Shown here in pieces: positions 24,801 to 36,000 of a stretch of DNA of 64,000 bases (its first letter is position 1; each line of letters opens with the position of its first letter). Made by a program: the position numbers and the translations under genes. Origin of the DNA: Lingula anatina (Eukaryota; Animalia; Brachiopoda); contig CM120647.1 in NCBI GenBank assembly GCA_051362555.1, positions 3,038,001-3,102,000 of the forward strand, given 5' to 3'. The notes below the pieces were generated by a model. The model saw nothing but the letters and a program-made list of their open reading frames with translations. It was not told the origin of the DNA and did no database searches.

Positions 24801-27023
24801 ATGTGCACTTGTCTGTATGAAGTTTACTTTTATAAACCAGATATTTTGATACTTTGAGGTAATGTCAATGACCCTGACAATAAAACTATTAAGAGAATGC
24901 AGATACCTGTCCAGTCGTCTTGTTGAGGACGTGTTCAGACCTTTGGACAGCTGCAATAAGCCTCTCACTTCCTCATTGGCAAGTGTGTTCCTTCTCTGAA
25001 ATTACAGAAAACAAATCATTCAAACTTTGAGCTAATTTTGAAATTCTAATGAAGAGTGTATTGGACATAAGTGCAATGTTCCCACAGTCATAAGGACTCA
25101 AATGTCCGTGTGCAAAACGCATCATTTGGGCAATTGTCGTCAACACAAAATACACAACGTTATCTTATATCATCTATAAAATACTACGGCAACTTCCTGT
25201 CATTTTCTGTGCTAAATTTGTGGCCTACGTGTGGGAATTGCAGCAACGTACCAAGAACCTCTGTCTTCTCCATCTTCTACTGACCTTGGTCCAACCTGAA
25301 CACCTCTCACCGAAATGCTCACCTGTATTACATAATAATGTACAGGGCACCCGCTTTTTGAACGCAAGTTTCGATTTAAAATATTTTTTTTTTTATTTGA
25401 TATGGCGCTAGGGGTCCTAATCCCGCGATGGTGATTTAGGCTTTCTACCATCATAATGGCAAAAATAATAACATTTTATCAACCATTAAGTTTGATATCA
25501 AATAATTTGGCTATGTTTCACCCCCCCCCCCCCCCCAAAAAAAAAGTCACCTGTACCGATTGTGTTAGAGAAGACAAGATGCGTTTTTTGTTTACCCGAT
25601 TTGTATAGAACGTTAAAATTAGTGACAGCGTTCATTAGGACCTAGGGTGAGTACAGCTTAGTTAACTAGAGCTCTCACAGCTAGGATTGACTTAACAGAT
25701 GTGTTTTATAAAGTACAAAAAATAATACTGACTCAGACTAGGTGTAAATGTTCTCACCTCCCTCGGGAGGATACAGCCCAGAGAGAGTACCATTGAGTGA
25801 TTACAATTCACGGGAAATAAAATTATCAATTCACAAATCACAGTAAATAAAACTTAATTTAAGTTTCATTGAAAATGCGCGTCAAAAATCACGAATCACC
25901 GGGTATAACGACTTTCTTTCACGAACAACGGAGAATAAAAAGCTGCATGTACGAGTCACAGGAATGGGGTGCTTCACGCTAAATAAAATGAGCGTTTCTC
26001 GAATCTTGGGAAGTAAAAAGTGGCTTTCACAGATAAGGAAAATACCCAGCTTGGTTTTTTTTTCAGTCTTATAACTGGTGCATACATCCAAATTAGCGAC
26101 ACATAGAAGGAATGACAGTAAATAAAAATATGCTTTATGAAGTTTCAAAAAATTTCAAACTTAGTAAGTACTGCTAAATTTATTACTGGAAATTGTTGTT
26201 TATTACTTTCATCTACATGACTTTATTCTTTTCCTGTCACAAGAGACAGTCTTTCAAGAATACATCTGTAAAGTTCTATTTTGTTCCTGTTATTTGAAAT
26301 CTCCTTCCTCTTTTTCCGAAAATATTTTTAAAAATTTAAAGAAGTTTCACTATGCATTCATTCCGGAATTTCTTCAATTAATGTTGTCTTGAAGATGACA
26401 CCTAGCTCCATCACCCCATATTTTCCTCCCTATTGTTTCTTTCTACACTGCAAGGGGGGATGTTTCCACATTTCTTTGTACATGGTATTCAATACTGGCA
26501 AAATTAATTCTTGAAAAGTGTTCTTAATTGTTTACACGTACATCTGCACATGGCTTCATTCTTTGTTTTTTTCATGTCACAAGGGGCAGTCTTTCAAGAA
26601 TACATCTGTAACAGTTTGCTCCTGTTATTTGCAAACATTATCCCCTAGGAAATATAATCGTTCTTCCTCTTTTTACAAAATCTGTAAATTGTTTTCAAAG
26701 AAATTGTTGAGAACAGAGAATTCTGAAAAGTTCTTACGTACTGTAGCTGCTGTCATGGTACCCTCTACCAGTCGACAGATTGTTTTTTCACAGGTACTTA
26801 CAAATGTCTCAAGATAAATAGTCATTTTGGTCTGGATTTTCCCGTTTTTCCCTATATAATCTGCCACCCTGATAGAGGGTACTGTCATGGTATCTTTCTC
26901 TTATTAAACTATTTAGGAGCTAGGGACAATAATCAAACCAAACCGAAATGGTGCATACCGTAACCCGTTGCGTTGCGTTCGATGTTAATACTTAATAAAA
27001 AAAAAGCCACAATATATATTCAT

Positions 27024-27287
27024 CAGTGGCGGATCCAGGATTATTTTAAGGGGGGGGGGGGGGGTCCGGTTTTCAGGGCTGACAGACCGCGGATGCTTTG
27101 GCGTGGGACTCGGGGCCCGCCGTAAAAAAAATTGGTATTTTAGAGGGCGAACGGTGCCTTTCTGTACTGTTTAGAACTATGATTCAGTAAGTCAAAATTC
27201 CAATTTCAAGTGGTGTCCATTGGAGTGATTTTTTCAGAAATCGAAGAGAGGTCACGACCCCCTGACACCCCCTTAAAAGCGCCACTG
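27024..27287. mobile_element. MITE-like element with CAGTGGCG...CGCCACTG termini
   Basis: Left end CAGTGGCGGATCCAGGA plus G-run; right end C-rich ...CCCCCTTAAAAGCGCCACTG. No clear TSD. Confidence 0.65.
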
Positions 27288-27349
27288 TTCTTAAACAGGA
27301 TTATTACTTGATATTATTATTAGATTATATTTTTTCCATATTATTTCAG

Positions 27350-27351
<2 letters not shown>

Positions 27352-27385
<34 letters not shown>
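27352..27385. repeat. (AAT)n microsatellite
   Basis: About 11 tandem AAT units. Confidence 0.95.
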
Positions 27386-27387
<2 letters not shown>

Positions 27388-27499
27388 GGATATGTGCTTG
27401 GCACTTTAGATCAATCGAGTGTGACTCATTATATAAGATATTAATTACATTAAGAAGAGTTCGATGAGTTTGATTTTAGTTTTCATCATCAATATCAAG

Positions 27500-30154
27500 A
27501 TCTGATTGCAAAAAATTTTTCCGCATGCTGCAAATATCCCAGCGGGTAACCAAGATTCCAGCAATCTCGAAGTTGTAGGTGATGAACAGACTCTCCAGAT
27601 AAAACTCCGATGCAAGCACAACCCGTACGCGCAAGGCTGCTATAAAACCAGTGGTCGGTGTTCAATCCTCGTGTTACAATGTAGATATTTTTGTTGGTAA
27701 TGTGTCCCCTGTAAATGATGTTGATGATATGGTAGCTCATGTTTCAAGCATGGGGATCGACGGGGTTTCCTGCAGACTGGTGTCTGAGAAGTACGGTAAA
27801 AAATCTTTCGTCATTAAGATACCAACAGTGTATAAAAAGCTTGTTTTGAACACTGACAACTGGAATGACAATATAAAAATCCAGACCTTTCGTAACAATA
27901 ATGCAACAAGACCCCCACCCACACACGAAGGGATAACCGTAAGCACCCAAACGTCAGGTCCGGGAGGCATGGCGGTGACTACAGCGTCTCACTAAGCCAC
28001 TACTCCAACCAGGGGCAACGTAATTCACCCGACACCTACCACCGCTATTTATTAAGAGAACAGCAGGAGACGGTCCGACGAGTGGGAGACGACACACCGA
28101 TACACCTACGACAACAGAAGGGACTACGACAAATATAAGGAGAGATCACACAGGTACGAATCTCACGGGAGACAGCAATCCTCACGATATGCGAGAAACT
28201 ATTTCTACTAAAAGTAATGTTGGGTCACAAAAATTGAAAATATACAACAGATTATTGTCGAGAGTTTTAACTGTAAGGTCCTGAAGAGCTCAGTTATTAC
28301 TTACAAGATAGGTTAGAGTCTTGTGACATACTATGCCTATCTGAAACCTGGCTAAGGCCACGTGAAATCTCTCTCCTCCCCGAGATTTTACACGTAACTC
28401 CAGGTACATTCAAAACTTATGGGAAAAGTGCAATGGGAGAGCTAGACTTTCCTTACTCTGGCCGACCCTTTGGTGGTGTATCTTTAATCGCGAGACAGAT
28501 GTCAAACGTTACGATAAGTGAACTGGTAGTTGATAGCAATAAAATATGTGCTATTAGAGTTTTTGATTCCACCGGTAATATAGTTCTAGTAGCGGCACCA
28601 GTTAATATGCCATGCTTTGAATGTGGTAATGGGACTAGTACAGAGGAATATATACTGTAGATACCATCACCTGCCTTCATTCTCTAATAGAAAAATATGC
28701 ATCATCTGCGCCCACTGTGCTCTGTGGTGACTTTAATGCCCAGCTGCCCACAGATAAGGACATGTACTTACGATGGTACAGGGACAAACGCTTTAATGAC
28801 TACAGTGGTATATTACACGATTTCATCCTGGAAAATTGTCTCACACCTGCGGACTTGTTTTTGACCCAAGCGCTTAAAGGGGAATACAACTTTCTGGGGT
28901 ACTAAATTCAATAAAATCCGACCCCTCTTCTCTCTAGATCTGCCCATCACGTTTTACCCACTGTAAGCGTAAGCCTATTTTTAGGGGGGTGATTATCCTG
29001 TGATGACGTCATTGTATTCCCCTTTAATTACACTTACTTTTGTACCCCGAGGGATGTCTATTCGTGGATAGACCACATTCTAGTATCAGCGTGAACCCCA
29101 AGGGAGTTAGGTCGATCTAAATCTAAATCTCTTGATCGATCTAAATCTCTGGAAATGCACCCTAAAAGCCTGGTCTAAACCCAAACCATCCGGAGAACTA
29201 CCGGCCAATCACCGCCAGCACTACATACTCCAAACTTATTGAGTCCATATTCCTCCCCAGTGTGCCCTATACCACTGCGGGCACCCAGTTTGGGTTTAAG
29301 GAAGGAAGAGGAATGGACGTCGCTTGCAGCTTCTTAAATGATATTATGTGCACTGTGAAAGACGGTGACTCGCCCTTATACATGTATATGTGCAACCTCG
29401 ACGCCGAAAAATGCTTCGATATGATTTGGCACAATGGACTATTCTATAAACTGTTTGATGTTCTCCCCGATTCGCATTGGTTATATCTTTATAAATTGTA
29501 TAAGAGTTTAAGTGTTTCAATAAGGTGGGGAGGCTCATATAGTGCTAATTTTAAAATTACCCGGGGAACAAGGCAGGGTAGTATTTTATCCCCGATCCTT
29601 TTTAACATTTTATTGACGAGCTGCTGAAGGAATTATCCTCTACAAACGCTGGTGTTCTAATTGGAAATACCTTATACACGTATAATAATATTATCGATGC
29701 TGATGACTTAACAATTTTTTCTATATCTGTTACTGGACTTCAAGATTCATGGGTTTATCTTCGCGATCACATACCTCTGCTCTCCTAGAAGTCAAACATA
29801 TTCCGAAAATTAGTTATACTATATCTAGAAATGTAGAATCACTATACCGCTGGGTAATGAGCATTGACACGCCATATCTTAATCTTTTAACTCATTAACT
29901 GTCTCATTTTATGCTTAATCGTTCCATAGTGAAGGGGTCGTTGCTCCAGAGGATTGTCGCTAGTGGCACGAACCCGATCTTATGTTTGAGTGGTCCCGGA
30001 CCTGCATGCACCGACAGGGCTGTTTGTTTCGCTGAGATTCTTAGTAGGCCCCTACACAGCCCCTGCTATCAGAACAGACTCTCAAAAGAATAGATGTTGG
30101 CGGAATTGCTCTTAAAATCGTTTTAGCTACTGTTCTGTATATATACTATTAAAA

Positions 30155-30185
<31 letters not shown>

Positions 30186-30186
30186 A
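27500..30186 (+). mobile_element. Decayed non-LTR retrotransposon (L2/CR1-group-like): ORF1, AP endonuclease, RT, (TAAA)n tail
   Basis: ORF1-like segment VDIFVGNVSP...KSFVIKI...WNDNIKIQTF (27651-27995). APE motifs ILCLSETWL (~28330), GRPFGGV, LCGDFNA, SWIDHIL (~29060). RT motifs QFGF, LDAEKCFDMIWH, GTRQGSILSP.LFN and DADD (~29695). Many stops, frameshifts and deletions. TAAA repeats at 30153-30186. The 5' boundary is approximate. Confidence 0.88.
28878..29023. mobile_element. 146-bp MITE with TTAA TSD (Kolobok-like termini) inserted in the LINE endonuclease
   Basis: TTAA|AGGGGAATACAA ... TTGTATTCCCCT|TTAA, a perfect 12-bp TIR. Removing it restores the frame TQALNYTYFCTPRDVYSWIDHIL. Confidence 0.9.
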
Positions 30187-30197
30187 CAAGAGAAATG

Positions 30198-30811
30198 TAA
30201 TAACCCCGTCCCCGAGTTTCACGGGCGTACCCAGAAGGTATGCCCGATCGTCAGGAGGTTTATTTGCAAAATGGTTTTATTAGCCGTTTTTACGTACACG
30301 GCGTGACGACACTTACGTCGCACGCCGTGTTAGTTACGTCACCTTATGCCGACACATGGTAATTGTTTCAGTTCTTTTATTTCTAAGAGTATCTGGTGTT
30401 ATCATTATTAACAGTTTTTCGTCCAGGCAAAGGTTGCATAGGTGCTGATTTCTCCTTTGCGTCGCTGATTTCTTTATGATGTCCCATCTAATGCCATCCT
30501 GGGTGTTATTTTCTGTTAATTTCCAAATGTATTTAGATATCTCAGTATCTGCAGCATATTTTTTGTCCCTAAATGACTAAGTGTGATTATTATATCTCAA
30601 CTTAAATTGCCCACCACAAAGGCCTATATATTTCATGCATTTGTTCTTTGTAATAACTGTGGCTTGGTACACAATGTTGCTAGACAAACATTCCCCTCTC
30701 AAAAGACACTTGCTTGGTAATCTACAATTACATTTCTTATCTTGAGTGTCGTCACGCCGTGAACGTAAAAACGGCTAATAAAACCATTTTCAAATAAACC
30801 TCCTGACGATC
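30198..30811 (-). mobile_element. Penelope-like element 3' fragment (GIY-YIG endonuclease) with inverted terminal segment
   Basis: Manual translation of 30741->30334: KKCNCRLPSKCLLRGECLSSNIVYQATV...KYIGLCGGQFKLRYNNHT*SFRDKKY...EISKYIWKL...IRWDII...CNLCLDEKL...NKRTETITMCRHKVT*. One internal stop, so it is absent from the ORF track. 30246-30313 recurs inverted at 30745-30811. Confidence 0.9.
30202..30260 (-). ncRNA. Minimal type I hammerhead ribozyme fold, Penelope-associated, probably degenerate
   Basis: Minus strand reads AACCUC CUGACGA U CGGGCAUACC UUCUG GGUACGCCCG U GAAA CUC G GGG AC GGGGUU. It has the CUGANGA and GAAA core, a 10-bp stem II with one mismatch, a 3-bp stem III and a 6-bp stem I. 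The cleavage-site U is replaced by A. Confidence 0.72.
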
Positions 30812-30867
30812 AGGGACTTTTTGAATTAAAATGGAGAGAACAGACTAATTTGTTCGGTTACTTGTCT

Positions 30868-30873
<6 letters not shown>

Positions 30874-30956
<83 letters not shown>
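30874..30956. repeat. (TA)n microsatellite
   Basis: About 41 uninterrupted TA units. Confidence 0.97.
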
Positions 30957-30959
<3 letters not shown>

Positions 30960-31165
30960 TTTTACTCATCGTTTAAAGGTGGTTTTTAGAAAATAAATAA
31001 ATAAATAAATAAATGAGAAGAGTTCATTGCACTCGAGGCAAACGCGGCCACAAAAAGCTATATATTCGGCTGAGAGGGCGACCGAGAGGAATTCAAATAA
31101 AGGATATTAGTGAATACGTAGCGTTGTCTTGAGTTGTTTTCTGCACAGTACATATCAAGATAACC

Positions 31166-31390
31166 AATAGTTTTCCGTACCTAGGGTTATTGTTAAATCA
31201 CAATGAAAAGTTCCTCACCACACAGAGAGCCGTAGTTGATCAGGGAAGTGAAGCAATGTTGGCAGTAAAAAAATATCAGTAGAGACGGACTCTCAAATGT
31301 AGAAACTGAACTTTTTCTCTTTGATACATACGTGTTACCGAACCTGAACTATGGAAGCGAAGTCTGGGAGTTTCGTAAATCGTCAGTTAT
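31166..31390 (+). mobile_element. Short LINE RT C-terminal fragment
   Basis: Reads FPYLGLLLNHNEKFLTTQ...QGSEAML, then after a frameshift LFDTYVLPNLNYGSEVWEF. These match the FKYLG and LxYGSEVW motifs of non-LTR RTs. Confidence 0.7.
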
Positions 31391-32688
31391 ACATCTGCAA
31401 AACCCTCTTTACACTGGACAGAGACCATGAAACTTGCCAGGTGGCCGTTGGACGCTCAAAGAACACACGGTAATCGCTTAGGTCGCACACAGAACGTTCA
31501 AGCATCGTTTATCAGTCTAGCAGGAGGCAGAAAGTTCTTAGAATGATAGCCACTGAACGTCGATGAAGGTACAGAGAACGTAATGAAGGGTTCGCAATGA
31601 ATCCTTGAACCCTGTAGGTTGTGCAGGGGACGCACAGGGGAGGCAGGCGGGTAGCTCAATGGACGCACAGGTCGCTCGCTGTTTTACCAGTAAAACCTTC
31701 ATTCGGTCGATCAAAGAAGGCACAAAGGACGAAGAAGCATTTACACTGAGACACGATTTAATTGTTTTGGCGACAACTGAGCTTCTTGACCACATTACTG
31801 ATTGTAGAAGGGACGCTGAAATGACGCCGTCCACTGTAAAGGGGACTAAATTTAAAGTAACAAAGTTGTGCCGTCTGCTGTTTATAAAAAATTAAGGTAA
31901 TTCCCACTGTGTAGGGAATTAACACGGGGTTATAAATGTTATACGAGGTTGAGCATTTTAATTCAAGCGAAGGACACATTTTGCCTGCAATAAGTGAACT
32001 ATTTATTTGATTTTTCAATCAACAACCAATGACTTTCATTGTGTGACCTCACTGAACAAGCAGCGAGTTATATGATACAAAAACAGTACCAGTGGGTTTT
32101 ACGCTTTTTGAAAATTTCAAATTGGGGAAATTTCAATATCAATAAATTAAAATTATAAAAATTCTAAATGTCAGCAGGTCCCGTATATAACTGATAATAA
32201 CGCATGGAATTATTCTTGTTGTTCCGTGATCCAACCATATCACAATGCAGCAAGCCGTCAATAAAATAGCAGTGTTTCCTCCTTAATATCCTATGACCAA
32301 TTAATAATCAGAATAATTCCTAATTTTGACAACCATTAATTTCTCAGGATTAAGATAACATGTGTATAACATATTCAAAATATCAGTGTCCTTCTTCTTT
32401 GCATTTCTTTGTAAATTGATGTTGATATTTGAAACCTTTCTGGTCATTTTTATAATTTGTTGTTCTTTTTTGGTCACAATTTTATTATCTTGAAGCACCG
32501 GAATAATCAAAACGTATTTCTTTTCCAAATAATTTTTCTAGTTTTCTTGGATCTGCGCATCTAACATTCATATGTCAAAATCAAAGCCGGTACAGATCAG
32601 ATATCCCATGTATCGTCATCAGCACTTACGACTTTAGTTCATGCATCTAAAAGCATTGCTTATAATATCTTAGAAAATAAAACAATGT

Positions 32689-33035
32689 CTAAGTGAATGC
32701 CTGATTGCTAAATGCATGTCTCCAAGGTGGAAATGAAGCGAAATCGGTCTCGTTCTCACTATCCGACGAGGCATTAATGTCCTCAATGTCGCCGATGTCT
32801 CCTTCCGTGACGTATTTGTTTGCCCCGATAGATGTCATCTGGTGTGTGTAGGCCATGGGCGACGATCTACGGGGATGCTCTGGCGTGGAGCTGACTTTAT
32901 ATTTCTGTCCCCAGAAACAGCGATAGGCAATAACAGCAGTAAGGCACAGTGCCACCACTCCACCCACTGCGCCTGCGCCGGCCTTGAAGCCCACCGTCTG
33001 GTACCATGGTTCTTGTGGGGACTTTACCACAGTCG
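32689..33035 (-). CDS. Terminal exon: transmembrane helix and cytoplasmic tail
   Basis: Acceptor TCTCTTTATTTCAG. Hydrophobic [20 protein letters not shown] followed by RCFW..KYK, an acidic tail ending FSNQAFT, and TAG at 32691-32689. Confidence 0.85.
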
Positions 33036-36000
33036 CTGAAATAAAGAGAACATAATTTGTTTCATTTACTTGCGCCAATTTTTTTCTGTACATCATCCTC
33101 GGTTTACCTTCTTTGTGTCTTTCATTCTTTTGGCCATTTTACTTTTTTCTCAGCTTGGCGTGTTCCCATGACACGTTATTTGCAAATATACAGGTATGTG
33201 TTCAGAAAACATACAAGTATTGCACGTATAACTAAGGACTTAGGGTCATTTGGTAAACGTATCATTGTAATTAGCCTATACATCACCGGATGTGGAAATT
33301 ACTAACTTTTTATCAGGTGTTTGTGTTCGTTTAGATAAAAGCGGGATTCAATTCATACATGTTAACTTGGTCATTGTTTTGAGCCACTGTAACATACCCT
33401 GTGTTGTCGTCGTCTTCGGTGTTGGTTCTGTCTCACCACTTGTCACTTTACCCGGGGTGCCCGTGGTTGAAGAACTCCCAAGTGTCGTGGAAACCGGTGA
33501 TACGGTGTTAGTCGTAGGGTTCACAACGACTGTATCATTTCGTTCCTCAACAAGGTGTCCGTAGACAGAAATAACAACAGGCAAGATGGCGGACTTTGGT
33601 GGCTCTCCTCCATCTTCCGCCAAAATGGTAAGGTCATATCGATATTGGGCTAGGTAACGCACGACGCTCAGCTCTCCGGTGTCTTCGTTGACAGCAAATA
33701 CAGCATCAGGGTTGCTTTCGTTGGTTATAGAGTGTCGAACTGTTCCGTACGACCCACTGTCTTTGTCTGTGGCCAGGAACCGCCCTACCGTGCGTCCTAG
33801 CTCGCCGCTGGCATTCACTGGAATCTCTGGGAAACCAAACAACTGGAAAAGTGGCGCGTTATCGTTGACGTCTTGGACAATGATGGCGACCTTGGTGGCA
33901 GCACTCTTGGGCGGTACGCCCTTGTCAGATGCCACTACTGTCATAATGTACTCCTGCGGAAGACTGTCGTAGTCCAGTTTGGCTACCACTGATAACTGTC
34001 CCTGACTGTCCATGTTGAAGAACCGCTCCGCTCCGTTGCTTCCAGAGAAAGTATATTCTAGTTTGCCATTTCGCCCTGTATCTAAGTCTGCCGCGTTAAT
34101 CATAGTAATGTTCTCTTGAAACACGATAATAGTTCCTGGTGGGGCATTTTCCGGCACAGTGCCATTGTACCAGTTGTATGCAAACACTGGGCTGTGATAG
34201 TTCGAACCAATTCTAATAGAACAGTCGACGCCGTCGTATTCATCCAGACACTCGCACTGGTTAGGTGAGACGCAACTTCCATTACCAGAGCAGTTGGCCA
34301 CATCACTGCAGACGGGCTCGTCACAGCGTTCACCCAGCCAGCCGGGAGAACACAAGCACGTGTCCAAAGATACACAAAGTCCATTGCCTGCATAGAGGAA
34401 AGACAAACACAAGTATGTCACATAGCGTAACATAGAGAGAGGAACAAATGCAATCGTTGCGGATGTAACACATAAGACTTATGGCTTTTATTTTAAACTA
34501 GTTTCTTCCGCAGTAAGGGAATGCAATCGTGTCCAAACTCCCAATGAACGCATTACTGGCAGATACCTGCTGGTCAAGTGGATGTTTTAACGCTTTTCTT
34601 TGAAAATAAACGGGTTAGTCGCACAGTTAGAATAAATATATACAACCATATAGAATATGACATTGTGGGTATGTATTGAGTTATACAGTTATTACCAGAG
34701 CAGTATCCAAGAGCTTCACATGAGAAATTAGAGCAGTCATTTCCCCCGAAGCCTGGGTCACAGTTACAGAGGTTGGGCTCCAAACACGCACCGTGTCCTG
34801 AACAGTTGTTTACGGCAGAACATGAGACGGTGTCACACGTGTCGCCACGGTAGCCTTCAAAACACCTGTTACAAATATCATTTTAGAAGGGATAAAATAA
34901 AATCATAAATATATGTACTGTTTTCCTCCCTCAGAAATTCTCTAAATTTGTCATACGGCAAATTGTAAAAATTATGATAACACTTTTAAAATCATCTTAT
35001 TTTAAGTGTCATAAATGGACCCAGCCTATGCTTTCACCAAACATATATTTTAAAAACCGTTGTTACGTGTCACTTTCGTAGACAATTGCTGTGGGATTTC
35101 TGTTATTAAGATATAAACAAATGCTTGCCACCTCTAAATGAAGGTAACGAAAAGTACAATACCTGCACCTAACAGCCGTATCATTCCCTTCAAAGGCAGC
35201 GCATATACCGTGGTCATTACAGCCATTTAACGATGTGCAATTCTTCATTGCGGTGCAGTTTTCACCATGGTAACCGTCATAACACGTGCACGTGTGAGGT
35301 GACGTACACACCCCGTGTAGGGAGCAGTCATTATTTGAAGAACAGTCTGGCAGAGCGCAGCTGTCACCTTGCCAACCATTGTCACAACTGCATACGTCGT
35401 ATCCTTTACACTGACCGTGGCCTGGAAAGGTAGATGCTTCAACATTCTTCTAATTGAACTACTGATGATAACGCATATGACAGTGATGTATAAAAGCATA
35501 TCGTATAGTACTGCTTTATTCTATCACGTATTGTTACATGTCGCATTATACAAAAACGTTTTTTTTTTTTTTTTTTTTTTTGTGTGTGCTTTATCAAATG
35601 CATCCCTTTTTCATATCATTCACGTAAGAACAATCGTGAAAATCTCTCCTATGAACAACACACCTGAGCACGCCGCCAGACGTTCACAAGAAAACTCTGT
35701 GCAACTTGGCCCCGCCCATCCGCTGTCACATTTGCATACGTCAAAGTCCACGCAGACCCCGTGACCGGAGCAGTCAGACACGTTGAAACAAGTTGCAACG
35801 ATGCTACAGTCACTACCTAAATATACAGAATTGAAGACGTGCGTAAATTAGTGTTCGTGTTTTTTTTTCTTTTTTTGTTTTTTTTGCCACAGAAACTTCG
35901 TAAATTAATTTGAATATACAGGTAGGGTGCATGAAATACTTTTCTACTTAGATCGATCCAACTGCACGGGGACTCTCGCTGAATGCAATCGAATTAACTA

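Noticed and set aside
26190-26680. Degenerate ~335-bp-spaced duplication (CAGTCTTTCAAGAATACATCTGTAA)
   Set aside because: Only two diverged partial copies with no termini or coding signal; ordinary old repeat debris.
31400-31900. GC-richer stretch with 96-98 aa ORFs on both strands
   Set aside because: No recognisable motifs, splice structure or terminal repeats that I could establish.
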